Origin: Actinomycetota bacterium
Lineage (GTDB): Bacteria > Actinomycetota > Acidimicrobiia > IMCC26256 > PALSA-610
DNA: 64,000 nucleotides
Assembly (NCBI GenBank): GCA_003134555.1
Contig: PLBO01000103.1
Span: 19,251-83,250, forward strand
Direction: 5' to 3'
Shown piece after piece: positions 52,928 to 61,653 of the stretch. The notes below the pieces were generated by a model. The model was not told the origin of the DNA, did not search any database, and saw only the letters and a program-made list of their open reading frames with translations. The position numbers and the translations under genes are program-made. The stretch's first letter is position 1; each line of letters opens with the position of its first letter.

Positions 52928-54132
52928 GACTCGACCGCGAAGCGGAGGTGCAGATTCTCGGATTGGCGGATGCCCGGGGAGAACGAGATCGTCGTCTCGG
53001 GCGCGAGCTCGTAGTCGGGCACGCGGCGGTGGAACTCCTCCAGCGCGACGGTCAACTCGAGCCGGGCGAGATGCGAGCCGAGGCACCGGTGGGGACCGCC
53101 GCCGAATGCGAGATGACGGTTCGACTCGCGATCGAAACGTACGTCGGACGCATCTTCGAACTCGGCGCGGTCGCAATTCGCGGCGCCGATGAGCAACGTT
53201 GCGCCGTCGCCCGCCCGGAGTTGCACGCCGCCGATCTCGAAATCCTGCGCGACGATGCGGGGCACCATCATCACCGGTGTCTGGTGCCGCAACAGCTCCT
53301 CGACCGCGCCCGCGACGAGCGAACCGTCGTCGACAAGTGCGCGGCGTCGTTCGGGGTGCTGCGCGAGGAACACGATCATGCAGTCGAGCGTGGCGGTAAC
53401 CGTGTCGAGGCCGCCGAGCAGCAACAGGTGCGTCGTTCCCAACAGTTCGGCGTGGGTCAGCGGCCGGCCTTCGACCTCACCGTGCACGAGCGTGCTCAGC
53501 AACCGGTCGTCGGGATGGGCGCGCTTCTCTTCGATCTTGCCCTGGAAGTACGCCTCGATCGCCTTACCGGCGGCTTCGCGTTTCTGCTCCATCTCCTCGA
53601 TCGTGTCGCCCTGCGGCCGGATCGTGTCGTCGCGCCACGCGAGGAACTGCGGCAGGTCGTCCTGGGGCAGGCCCATCAGCGCGAGGAAGATCGTCGACGG
53701 CAGCGGCGTGGCGAAGTCCTCGTGGAAGTCGCACGCGCCGTTGGCCGCGAACTCGTCGATGATCTCGTTGACGAGAAGGCGCGCCTCCGGTTCGAGGTCG
53801 GCCATCCGCTTGGGCGAGAACTGCGGGTCGAGCAGGCGCCGGTACTTCGCGTGATCGGGCGGATCGACCGACAGCGGGATGAGCGGCACGTCGTTTCCGA
53901 TCTTGACGACGTCCTTCGACGAGAACACCTCGGGATGCTTGAGTGCCCAGAGCACGTCGTCGTAGCGCGACAGCGTCACGCTGTAGCCGCCGAACATGCC
54001 CGGCGCGCGTGCGACCGGACAACGATCGTGCAGGTCGTGGTACACCGGCTGCGGGTCGTCGGCACAGCGCTGCGAGAAGACCGCGGACATCGGGTCTTCG
54101 TCGCCGGTGGGAACGGCTTCGTCGGCGTACAT
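52924..54132 (-). CDS. Cytochrome P450
   Basis: ATG 54132 is preceded by AAGGAG. Heme loop FGGGPHRCLGSHLARLE and ExxR (EELLRH). Confidence 0.9.
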   Translation of the reverse strand: MYADEAVPTGDEDPMSAVFSQRCADDPQPVYHDLHDRCPVARAPGMFGGYSVTLSRYDDVLWALKHPEVFSSKDVVKIGNDVPLIPLSVDPPDHAKYRRLLDPQFSPKRMADLEPEARLLVNEIIDEFAANGACDFHEDFATPLPSTIFLALMGLPQDDLPQFLAWRDDTIRPQGDTIEEMEQKREAAGKAIEAYFQGKIEEKRAHPDDRLLSTLVHGEVEGRPLTHAELLGTTHLLLLGGLDTVTATLDCMIVFLAQHPERRRALVDDGSLVAGAVEELLRHQTPVMMVPRIVAQDFEIGGVQLRAGDGATLLIGAANCDRAEFEDASDVRFDRESNRHLAFGGGPHRCLGSHLARLELTVALEEFHRRVPDYELAPETTISFSPGIRQSENLHLRFAVES

Positions 54133-54166
54133 CAATGCTCCTTGCGGGGGGTGTGGAGCTCGAGGC

Positions 54167-55354
54167 TCACGGTTGTTGCAGCGCTTCGGGCACCGCGTGG
54201 CGGAACAGCTTGGAGGCGTTCTCCCACGTGACCTTGCGGACGACATCCGCCGGCACGTCGCGCAATGCGGCCGTCGCGTTGGGTTGCGTGTCGGGCCACG
54301 TGGAATCGGCGTGCGGGTAGTCGCTCTCGAGACAGATGCGGTCGACGCCGATGTGGTCTCGGAGCGCGAACGTGGATCCGATGTCGATCGTGCAGAACCA
54401 GAAATTGCGTCGCAGCGCTTCGGTCGGCGAGATGTCGGTGGCCGCCCAACCGTGCGAGCCGACGGCCGAGTGATCGAGCACGTAGTCGATCCGATCGATC
54501 AGCATCGGCACCCAGCTGATGCCGCCTTCCGAGAACGCGATCTTGATCTTCGGAAAGCGGGTGGGAACCTGGGCCCAGAGCCAGTCGGCCGCGGTGACGA
54601 GCGCGTTGACCGGGAACAAGCTGGTGTAGAGCTCGAGCGGCGCACCCGGCGAACGGGCCGCGGTCCACGACGACGAGCCATTGTGCAGGCAGACGACCGT
54701 CTCCGTCTCTTCGCACGCGCGCAGGAACGGGTCCCAGTGCGTATCGATCATCGGCGGGAGCTGCAGGTCGACCGGGTTCTCCGGGAAGCTCACTGCCTTG
54801 AACCCGCGCTCGGCGTTGCGCCGCACGTCGGCGGCCGCGACCTGCGGATCGACCACCCAGGCGAGCTGCAACGGGATCACGCGATCGGGATGCGGCCCGG
54901 CCCACTCGTCTATGTGCCAGGCGTTCCACGCGCGCAACGCCGCCAGTCCGAGCTCCGGATCCTTGCTCTTCGCGAAGATCGTGCCCGCGAACCCGGCGAT
55001 GAGCGAAGGAAAGCAGAGCGACGCCAACACGCCGTCGAGATTCATGTCGGCGACGCGGGCTTCGATGTCGTAACAGCCGCGGCGCATCTCGTCGAAGCGC
55101 GCCGGTTCCATGCTCCACTCGGCCTTGGGCCGGCCCGCGACCGCGTTGAGACCGACCTGCGGGTAGAAGTTGTCCTCGTAGATCCACGTCTCCCGGCCGT
55201 CGTCGAGGGTCACGACGCGGGGCGCTCGCTCCTGCAACGCCGACGGAAGCCGCCCCTCGAAGCAGTGCGCGGGCTCGATCAGGTGGTCGTCGACCGAGAT
55301 GATCGTGTAGTTGCGGACGCGCGGCTCGGGATCCGGAAGGAAGGTCGCGGTCAT
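54167..55354 (-). CDS. Amidohydrolase-2 family protein
   Basis: ATG 55354 overlaps the TetR stop (ATGA). ...ISVDDHLIEP...CLESDYPHADS. Confidence 0.82.
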   Translation of the reverse strand: MTATFLPDPEPRVRNYTIISVDDHLIEPAHCFEGRLPSALQERAPRVVTLDDGRETWIYEDNFYPQVGLNAVAGRPKAEWSMEPARFDEMRRGCYDIEARVADMNLDGVLASLCFPSLIAGFAGTIFAKSKDPELGLAALRAWNAWHIDEWAGPHPDRVIPLQLAWVVDPQVAAADVRRNAERGFKAVSFPENPVDLQLPPMIDTHWDPFLRACEETETVVCLHNGSSSWTAARSPGAPLELYTSLFPVNALVTAADWLWAQVPTRFPKIKIAFSEGGISWVPMLIDRIDYVLDHSAVGSHGWAATDISPTEALRRNFWFCTIDIGSTFALRDHIGVDRICLESDYPHADSTWPDTQPNATAALRDVPADVVRKVTWENASKLFRHAVPEALQQP

Positions 55355-55911
55355 CGGCGGCCGACGCCTTCGATGCAGAAGCGCTGCAGGTAGCGCGCAA
55401 GCTCGTGCGTGTCGGCGACGCGGCCGACCACGACGTCGTCGATACCGTCGAGCAGCACCGCGAACATCGTGCGCGCGTCGCGTTTCGGATCGTCGGAGTC
55501 GATGTAGCGCGCGAGCAGGTCGACGAGCGGGGCCAGCGCGTCGCGCAATTCGTCTTCGTGGAACTCCGTGAGGCGCCGACGCTCTCGCACGAGAACACCC
55601 GCATAGCCGGTCGCTTCCGCGGGCGTGAGCATGTCGAAGAGCTCGAACACGTAGGCGCGCAGGGCGTCGGTTCCGGTGCGCGTGCCGATGCGCTCGGCGA
55701 GGATGTCGGCGCCGATCCGGCTGTCCTCCGCGAGGAGCGCGATGAGCAGGTCGTCCTTGCTGCGGAAGCACGAATAGAACGCCTTGAGCGAAACGCCTGC
55801 CCGCATGGCGAGCTGCGCAACCGTGAAGGCTGCGCTGCCCGTCTCGTTCGCCAAGACCCGGGCCGACGCCACGAGCCGCTGCGGACGGTCGGGCTCTTCC
55901 GAGAACGCCAT
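55351..55911 (-). CDS. TetR-family transcriptional regulator
   Basis: N-terminal HTH FTVAQLAMRAGVSLKAFYSCFRSKDDLL. 186 aa. Confidence 0.88.
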   Translation of the reverse strand: MAFSEEPDRPQRLVASARVLANETGSAAFTVAQLAMRAGVSLKAFYSCFRSKDDLLIALLAEDSRIGADILAERIGTRTGTDALRAYVFELFDMLTPAEATGYAGVLVRERRRLTEFHEDELRDALAPLVDLLARYIDSDDPKRDARTMFAVLLDGIDDVVVGRVADTHELARYLQRFCIEGVGRR

Positions 55912-55935
55912 TCTCCCAGCCTAGACCCCTAGTAA

Positions 55936-56003
55936 TCCACCAAACAGTTTGGCGCGAAAACCGCTCCACGCGCCGGTTTTCCACCAAACAGTTTGGCGCG
56001 AAA
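55936..56003. promoter_or_regulatory. Two identical 24-bp direct repeats, each with a perfect 13-bp palindrome CCAAACAGTTTGG (site B); candidate TetR operators
   Basis: TCCACCAAACAGTTTGGCGCGAAA occurs at 55936-55959 and 55980-56003 (period 44 bp). The repeats lie 25-92 nt upstream of the TetR ATG (55911) and directly after the TAA stop of the thiolase-like gene (56011-56013). Confidence 0.75.
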
Positions 56004-56010
56004 TGGGGGG

Positions 56011-57156
56011 TTAGGCGGGCTGGGAGCGGAGGATGCCCATCGCGAAGTACTGGGCGCCGCCGCCGTAGGCCTGGGCGAGCGCGGTGCGCGCGCCGTCGAC
56101 CTGATGCTCACCGGCGAGCCCCCGCACCTGGAGCGCGGCCTCGGCGAACCGCAGCATCCCCGACGCGCCGATCGGGTTCGACGACAACACGCCGCCCGAC
56201 GCGTTCACCGGGAACGAGCCGGTCAGCTCGGTGTCGCCGCTCTCGACCATCTTCCAGCCCTCGCCGGGGCCGGCGATGTCGTGACCCTCGAGCCACATCG
56301 GCTCGTACCAGCTGAAGGGCACGTACAGCTCGGCGACGTCGATCTCCTGACGCGGAACACTGATCCCGGCCTGGCGGTACACGTCGTGCGCGCACTCCAC
56401 GCCCGCGAGCGGGCGAACGGGATCGCGCCCGGGGAAGGCACCGAGCTCGCTGCGGACGGCCGTCGCCGCGACCCACGCGGCCGGCTTCGACGCGCGCTTG
56501 CCGTTCGCCTCGTTGGTGAGCACGACCGCGCACGCGCCGTCGGACGACGGGCACGACTCGAGGAACCGCAGCGGGTCCCACAACATCGCCGATTCCTTCA
56601 CCTTCTCGATGCTGATGTCGGCCAGTTTCAGGTGCGCGTAGGGATTCTTGAGCGCGTTGAGGCGGTCTTTCACCGCGACCTGCCAGCCGATGTACTCGGG
56701 CGCGCCGGTCTTCTCGATGTACGCGCGGATCCACGGCGCGAACGCGCCGCCGGCACCGATGCCGCGACTGCGCCCGCCCGCCAGACCCCACTGCGCGTTG
56801 CCCTCGCTCTGCTTCTCCCACGAGATCGCGAGCACCCGTTCGTGGATGCGCGACTCGACGAGGTGCGCACCGACGATGAACGTCGAACCGCCGACGCTGC
56901 CCGCGGTGTGCACCCGCAGCATCGGCTTGCCCGCGCCGCCCAGCGCGTCGGCGAGGAACAGCTCCGGCTGCACGATCCCTTCGAACGCGTCGGGAGCCTT
57001 ACCGATGACGATCGCGTCGATGTCGGCCCAGGTGCACTCCGCGTCGTCGAGCGCCCGCGTCGCCGCCTCGCGCAACAACCCGGGGATCGAGACGTCGTCG
57101 CGCCGCTTCTTGTGGTGCGTCTGCCCGACGCCGATGACCGCGCACTGTTCCGCCAT
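56011..57156 (-). CDS. Thiolase-fold (SCP-x/Ltp-like) protein lacking the canonical Cys nucleophile
   Basis: ATG 57156 with a GGAGGG Shine-Dalgarno. MAEQCAVIGVGQT... The expected NxxC(A/S)(S/G)G position reads VHTAGSVGGST. C-terminal GGVLSSNPIGASG has Asn where His is expected. TAA stop. Confidence 0.8.
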   Translation of the reverse strand: MAEQCAVIGVGQTHHKKRRDDVSIPGLLREAATRALDDAECTWADIDAIVIGKAPDAFEGIVQPELFLADALGGAGKPMLRVHTAGSVGGSTFIVGAHLVESRIHERVLAISWEKQSEGNAQWGLAGGRSRGIGAGGAFAPWIRAYIEKTGAPEYIGWQVAVKDRLNALKNPYAHLKLADISIEKVKESAMLWDPLRFLESCPSSDGACAVVLTNEANGKRASKPAAWVAATAVRSELGAFPGRDPVRPLAGVECAHDVYRQAGISVPRQEIDVAELYVPFSWYEPMWLEGHDIAGPGEGWKMVESGDTELTGSFPVNASGGVLSSNPIGASGMLRFAEAALQVRGLAGEHQVDGARTALAQAYGGGAQYFAMGILRSQPA

Positions 57157-57158
57157 GA

Positions 57159-58217
57159 TCAGTCGCCCTCCATCAGGCACACCAGGTTGTGTTGCAGGAC
57201 CTGGCCGCCGGTCGCGTGCGCGAGTCCGCGGCTCGCGCTCCCCTCGACGATGCGCCGGGCGACCTCGACGATCCGCACGAGTCCGGTCGCCATGACCGGA
57301 TTGGCGGCGAGAGGTCCGCCGGACGGGTTCACGTTCGCGTCGGCGTCGACTCCCAACGCGTCGCGCAAGATCAGCTCCTGAGGGCTGAACGTCGACGACA
57401 GCTCGATGACGTCGAGTGGTCCGCCGTCGTAGCCCGCCTTGCGTGCGGCAAGTGCGGTCGAAGTCGACGTCGTCAGGTCGCGCATCCCCGGCTGGTGCAC
57501 CTCGATGCGGTGGTCGAGACCACGGATCCACGCGGGCCGCTTGCACAGCGCCCGCGCGCGATCGCCGCGCGCCAGCACGACCGCGACGGCGCCGTCGGAG
57601 ATCGGGGGAAGATCGTGTTTGCGCAATGGCGCACGCACGTACGGCTCGGCGAGCAGCTCGTCGACCGAGAAGTCGCCCGCGACCTGCGCGTTCGGATTGT
57701 CCTTGGCGTTGCGCCGGCTGCGCACGACCACGTTCGCGAAGTCGCGCTCGGTCGCCTTGCCCGCATCGAGCAGCGCGCGCGCCTGGATGCCGGCGAGCGA
57801 CGCGGGATCGACGCCGAGTGGCGCGAGGTAATACGGATCGAGTTGTTGCGCCCACATCTCTTCGGGCTTCGACGGCGACGACTTACCCGAGCCGAACACG
57901 AGCGCGGTGTCGATGTCGCCGTGCTGCAGCCGCACCCACGCTTCGTACATTGCCCACGCGCCGTCCATCTCGACGTGCGACTCCGAGATCGGAGGCCACG
58001 CGCCCGCAGCCTCGAGGTTCGACACGAAGGCGAAAGGACCGCCCGTGAGGTAGTCGCAGCTGCCCGCGCACGTGAACCCGACCTCGCGCCGGTCGAGGCC
58101 GGCGCGCTGCAGTGCTTCGGTGACGATCGGAACCAGCAGCTGCACTTCGCTCTCGCGCGCACGTCGCGTTGACGGCGTCTGCGCGTAGCCGACGACGGCG
58201 ATGTCTGTAGCGGCCAT
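57159..58217 (-). CDS. Thiolase-fold protein, second paralog, also without the canonical Cys
   Basis: ATG 58217 overlaps the upstream stop (ATGA). MAATDIAVVGYAQT... The nucleophile position reads VEMDGAWAM. C-terminal NPSGGPLAANPVMATG. Confidence 0.8.
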   Translation of the reverse strand: MAATDIAVVGYAQTPSTRRARESEVQLLVPIVTEALQRAGLDRREVGFTCAGSCDYLTGGPFAFVSNLEAAGAWPPISESHVEMDGAWAMYEAWVRLQHGDIDTALVFGSGKSSPSKPEEMWAQQLDPYYLAPLGVDPASLAGIQARALLDAGKATERDFANVVVRSRRNAKDNPNAQVAGDFSVDELLAEPYVRAPLRKHDLPPISDGAVAVVLARGDRARALCKRPAWIRGLDHRIEVHQPGMRDLTTSTSTALAARKAGYDGGPLDVIELSSTFSPQELILRDALGVDADANVNPSGGPLAANPVMATGLVRIVEVARRIVEGSASRGLAHATGGQVLQHNLVCLMEGD

Positions 58218-58762
58218 CAGAAGATGTGCTCCTCGTACTCGGCGCGGTCCTTGTCGGGCTCTCCGCTCGGCTCGAACGCGTCGATGACCGACGACACGCT
58301 CCCCCACCCGCGGTTCGAAACGCCCTCGGCGCTCCGCTCGCTCTTCGGCTTCCACACCGCGCGCAACCGCATCCCGGATCGGAGCTTGTCGTGCGGCACC
58401 CCGACGACTTCCTGGCCGCCCAGGTTGCTGTCGGAGCCGTCGAGCAGCACCGACGCGTACACGAACGGCTCGGTCTCCGTTTGGCCGTAGTACGCGACCG
58501 GCGTGATGATCGTGAACCCCGTGAGCGTGCCGTGGTCGCCGACCTCGACCTCGTCGGCGTCGGTCGTGGGCACGACGCAGATCGGACAGTAGCCCTTGCC
58601 GGGCACGTACACCCGGCCGCAGGAAGGGCACTTGTGACCGACGATGCGGCCGTCGATCAACGCGTCGACGTAGCGCTCGAGGATCGGGGTGAGCTCCTCG
58701 GAGTACGTCAGCGAGACGAGGTGCTCCATGACGAGGTTCTCTTTGGGAGTGCTCGTGCTCAT
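58217..58762 (-). CDS. DUF35 OB-fold protein with intact Zn ribbon
   Basis: ATG 58762 overlaps the upstream stop (ATGA). GHKCPSCGRVYVPGKGYCPICV (CxxC...CxxC) followed by an OB fold. Confidence 0.8.
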   Translation of the reverse strand: MSTSTPKENLVMEHLVSLTYSEELTPILERYVDALIDGRIVGHKCPSCGRVYVPGKGYCPICVVPTTDADEVEVGDHGTLTGFTIITPVAYYGQTETEPFVYASVLLDGSDSNLGGQEVVGVPHDKLRSGMRLRAVWKPKSERSAEGVSNRGWGSVSSVIDAFEPSGEPDKDRAEYEEHIF

Positions 58763-59196
58763 GATGCGGGCTCCCAGCACGCGAGGTCGTCGATCATGTT
58801 GTGCGGCTCGGCCCGCCAGCGCGGCTGCACGCGCATGCCCGTCGACATCCGGTCGATGCTGCCGGCGTCGACCGCATGCACCATCGCCGTGGCGGCGCCG
58901 TCGGGTGTGACGAGCGCGAACGCGAAGGGACGGTCGAGGGGGTGCTTCGGGGTCGGTTCGTCGACCCATGTCCACGACGTGACGGTCCCCTGCGGGCCGA
59001 CCTCGACGAGCTCGTCGAGTGCGTCGCCGGTATTCGGGTCGTACTCCAAGGGTGGAACGAGCACCTTGCCGGCGCGCGTCCGGATGCCGAGGATGCGGTG
59101 CTCGCGCAAACCGGAGAGGAACGCGCCGACCACCGGCCCGAGCGTGCGCGAATAGGGGAACTCGAGAGTGCTCTCGACGATGCGCGGTTGACTCAT
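58759..59196 (-). CDS. DUF35 OB-fold protein, Zn-ribbon cysteines lost
   Basis: 145 aa. The ribbon-equivalent region reads RILGIRTRAGKVLVPPLEYDPNTGD (no Cys). It is followed by the OB-fold segment GTVTSWTWV. Confidence 0.72.
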   Translation of the reverse strand: MSQPRIVESTLEFPYSRTLGPVVGAFLSGLREHRILGIRTRAGKVLVPPLEYDPNTGDALDELVEVGPQGTVTSWTWVDEPTPKHPLDRPFAFALVTPDGAATAMVHAVDAGSIDRMSTGMRVQPRWRAEPHNMIDDLACWEPAS

Positions 59197-59205
59197 GCCC
59201 CGAAG

Positions 59206-60678
59206 CTAACCATCCGCCGCGAGCGCCGCATGTTCGGCGAGCAACCGCTTGTCGACCTTGCCCACCGACGTCAACGGGAGCGCGTCGACCACGACGAGAC
59301 GATCGGGCGCCTTGTAGTCGGCCAGCGCGGCCTGGCAGAAGGTCCGGAGATCGTCCAACGCGGGCGACCGTTCGTCCGCAGGTGTGCCGGCGGGCACGAC
59401 GAAGGCGACGCCGATCTCTCCGAGCACGGGATCGGCTACGCCCAACACCGCGACCTGCGCGACCGCATCGTGCTCCGACAGCACGCGCTCGACCTCCGCC
59501 GGGTACACGTTGTATCCACCGCGGATGTACATCTCGCTGCGCCGGCCGACGAGGGTCAGATAGCCCCGCTCGTCGAAGCAGCCGAGGTCGCCGGTCGTCA
59601 GCCAACCGTCGGCTCCCAACACCTCGGCCGTGCGATCCGGGTCCTGCCAGTAGCCCCGCATCACGGCTTCCGATCGACAGCGGACGCGTCCGACGGCGCC
59701 GGCCGGGCAGGTCCGGCCGTCGTCGTCGACGACGTCGAGCTCGACGTTCACCCGCGCCCGGCCGACCGTCTGCGAGATCACCTCCGGGGAGTCGCCCGGC
59801 ACCGTTCCGGTCGTGATCGCGGCCTCCGTGCTCGTGTAACCGATCACGACCGGACACCCGAGCCTTTGCTCCATCTCGCGCACGAGCTCGGGAGGCACAG
59901 TCGCGGCGCCAGTCCCCGCGATCCGGAGAGATGTGAGGTCGCGGCGCGCGAAGTCGGGATGGTCGAGCACGAGCCGCCACTGTGTCGGCACCCCCTGACC
60001 GACGGTGACGCGTTCGCGCACCATCAGACGGAGCGCGTCGACCGCGCTCCACGGTGTCGGCGTGATCACGGTCGTGATCACGTTGTCGATCTCCTCCCAC
60101 GGACGCGACATGAACGCGACGTGCGCGAAGGGAAGCGGCGCGAGCCGCACGTCGTATCGCGCGCCCATCGCGCCCGCACCGACCGCGACGGCTCGAAGGT
60201 TGCGATGGTCGAACACCGCGCCCTTCGGCATGCCCGTCGTGCCACTCGTCCAGACGATCGCGACGGCGTCGTCGGGTTCGACGCGCGGGAGATCGACTGG
60301 CGGCTCGTACGTATACGCCGCGCGCACTGCGTCGAGATCGGTGTCTCGTATGACGACGCGTGGACGCGTGCGTTCGAGGATGCTTGCGATATCCGGCGGG
60401 CCCAGCCGCGTGTTGATACCGGTCGTGATCGCTCGTAGGCGCATCGCCGCCTGGTAGCAGACGGCGTAGTCGATCGACGACGGCACGAGCAGCGCGATCA
60501 CGTCACCCGGCCGTACGCCCCGATCGGCGAAGAACGAGGCGACGCCGTCGGCGGCGCGGTCCCACTGCGCGAACGTGAGCCGGCGATCGACTTCGACGAA
60601 CGCGGCACGATCCGGATGCTCGGCCGAGACCTTCCTCAGCAGCTCCACAGTCGTCCGGGGCGGGCTCAACGGTGCCAA
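59206..60678 (-). CDS. Acyl-CoA synthetase (AMP-forming ligase)
   Basis: Motifs TSGTTGMPKG, TGDLGCFDERGYLTLVGR and KVDKRLL. The start is uncertain: TTG 60678, TTG 60669 or GTG 60648. The track ORF extends to 60978. Confidence 0.82.
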   Translation of the reverse strand: MAPLSPPRTTVELLRKVSAEHPDRAAFVEVDRRLTFAQWDRAADGVASFFADRGVRPGDVIALLVPSSIDYAVCYQAAMRLRAITTGINTRLGPPDIASILERTRPRVVIRDTDLDAVRAAYTYEPPVDLPRVEPDDAVAIVWTSGTTGMPKGAVFDHRNLRAVAVGAGAMGARYDVRLAPLPFAHVAFMSRPWEEIDNVITTVITPTPWSAVDALRLMVRERVTVGQGVPTQWRLVLDHPDFARRDLTSLRIAGTGAATVPPELVREMEQRLGCPVVIGYTSTEAAITTGTVPGDSPEVISQTVGRARVNVELDVVDDDGRTCPAGAVGRVRCRSEAVMRGYWQDPDRTAEVLGADGWLTTGDLGCFDERGYLTLVGRRSEMYIRGGYNVYPAEVERVLSEHDAVAQVAVLGVADPVLGEIGVAFVVPAGTPADERSPALDDLRTFCQAALADYKAPDRLVVVDALPLTSVGKVDKRLLAEHAALAADG

Positions 60679-60713
60679 CGTAGCTGCGCCGTCGCGAGTA
60701 CCGTTTCCGCCCG

Positions 60714-61334
60714 ATGCCCTCCTCGAAAGAAGCGCGCACGCGCCAGAACCGGCAGAAGGAGCGCGTCGCCGCGCAGCTCGCAGAACGCAGTCGGGTGCAG
60801 CGCCAGCGCCGCCGGGTGGGTGCGGTGGCCGGTGTGATCTCGATCGTGATCGTCGCCGGGGTCGGATACGCGCTCGGCAGCGGCGGCAACGGTCCCGATG
60901 TCGCCGTGTCTCCCACCACGTTGCCGGCCAAGACCTGCGTTGGACTGAAGGATCCGCTGCCGAAAGGCGCGCCCGCAATGCCGCTCACTCCCGGGCCGCC
61001 CCCCACGTCACTGGCGACCCGCGACCTCAAGGTCGGCACCGGCGCGGTCATACCGAAGAACGCCAAGGTCATGATGAACTACGTCGGCGTGGCCTGCTCG
61101 ACCGGCAAGATCTTCGATTCGTCGTACTCGCACAACCAGACGTTCGCCGCCGACCTCTCGAGCGCGGGCCACCTCATCGTCGGCTGGCAACAAGGAATCC
61201 CCGGCATGAAGATCGGCGGCGTGCGCCTCCTCTCGATCCCCGCCGACCTCGCGTACGGCGCCGCGGGCAGTCCGCCCGCGATTGCGGCCGACGAGCCGCT
61301 CTACTTCCTCGTCGAGGCCGTCAAGCTCGGCTGA
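60714..61334 (+). CDS. Membrane-anchored FKBP-type peptidyl-prolyl cis-trans isomerase
   Basis: N-terminal basic region plus the TM helix VGAVAGVISIVIVAGVGYAL. FKBP core VMMNYVGV...GKIFDSSY...VGWQQGIPGMKIGGVRLLSIPADLAYG. Confidence 0.85.
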   Translation: MPSSKEARTRQNRQKERVAAQLAERSRVQRQRRRVGAVAGVISIVIVAGVGYALGSGGNGPDVAVSPTTLPAKTCVGLKDPLPKGAPAMPLTPGPPPTSLATRDLKVGTGAVIPKNAKVMMNYVGVACSTGKIFDSSYSHNQTFAADLSSAGHLIVGWQQGIPGMKIGGVRLLSIPADLAYGAAGSPPAIAADEPLYFLVEAVKLG

Positions 61335-61365
61335 CGTTCGGCTCCGACGGCGCCACAGGCACGCG

Positions 61366-61653
61366 TCAGTCGTCCGGTGCGGACAGGTCGATCAACCCGG
61401 ACGCCGCGGCGAGCGCGACGGCGCGTCGGGCCGCTTTGTCGTACGCCGCGGCGAAGTAGTGCTCTGCGATCGTCTCCCGCCCGGGAAGCGGGGGCGGTCC
61501 GAGCGACCGGATCATCGCCGCGGGGTCGTCGGGAGAGCGGACGAGCGGCATCGGCTCGTCGCCGGTGCCGACACCTTCCCAGAAGTCGCGACGCGGTGCG
61601 GGCTTGCGGCGCGGGCTCGACCGGGTGGAGGCGCGGCGGCGCGGCGGGCTCAT
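61366..61653 (-). CDS. Hypothetical small protein translationally coupled to the SNF2 helicase
   Basis: ATG 61653 overlaps the helicase TGA (ATGA). 95 aa. Arg/Pro-rich N-terminus, then ...IRSLGPPPLPGRETIAEHYFAAAYDKAARRAVALAAASGL. High GC3. Confidence 0.55.
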   Translation of the reverse strand: MSPPRRRASTRSSPRRKPAPRRDFWEGVGTGDEPMPLVRSPDDPAAMIRSLGPPPLPGRETIAEHYFAAAYDKAARRAVALAAASGLIDLSAPDD

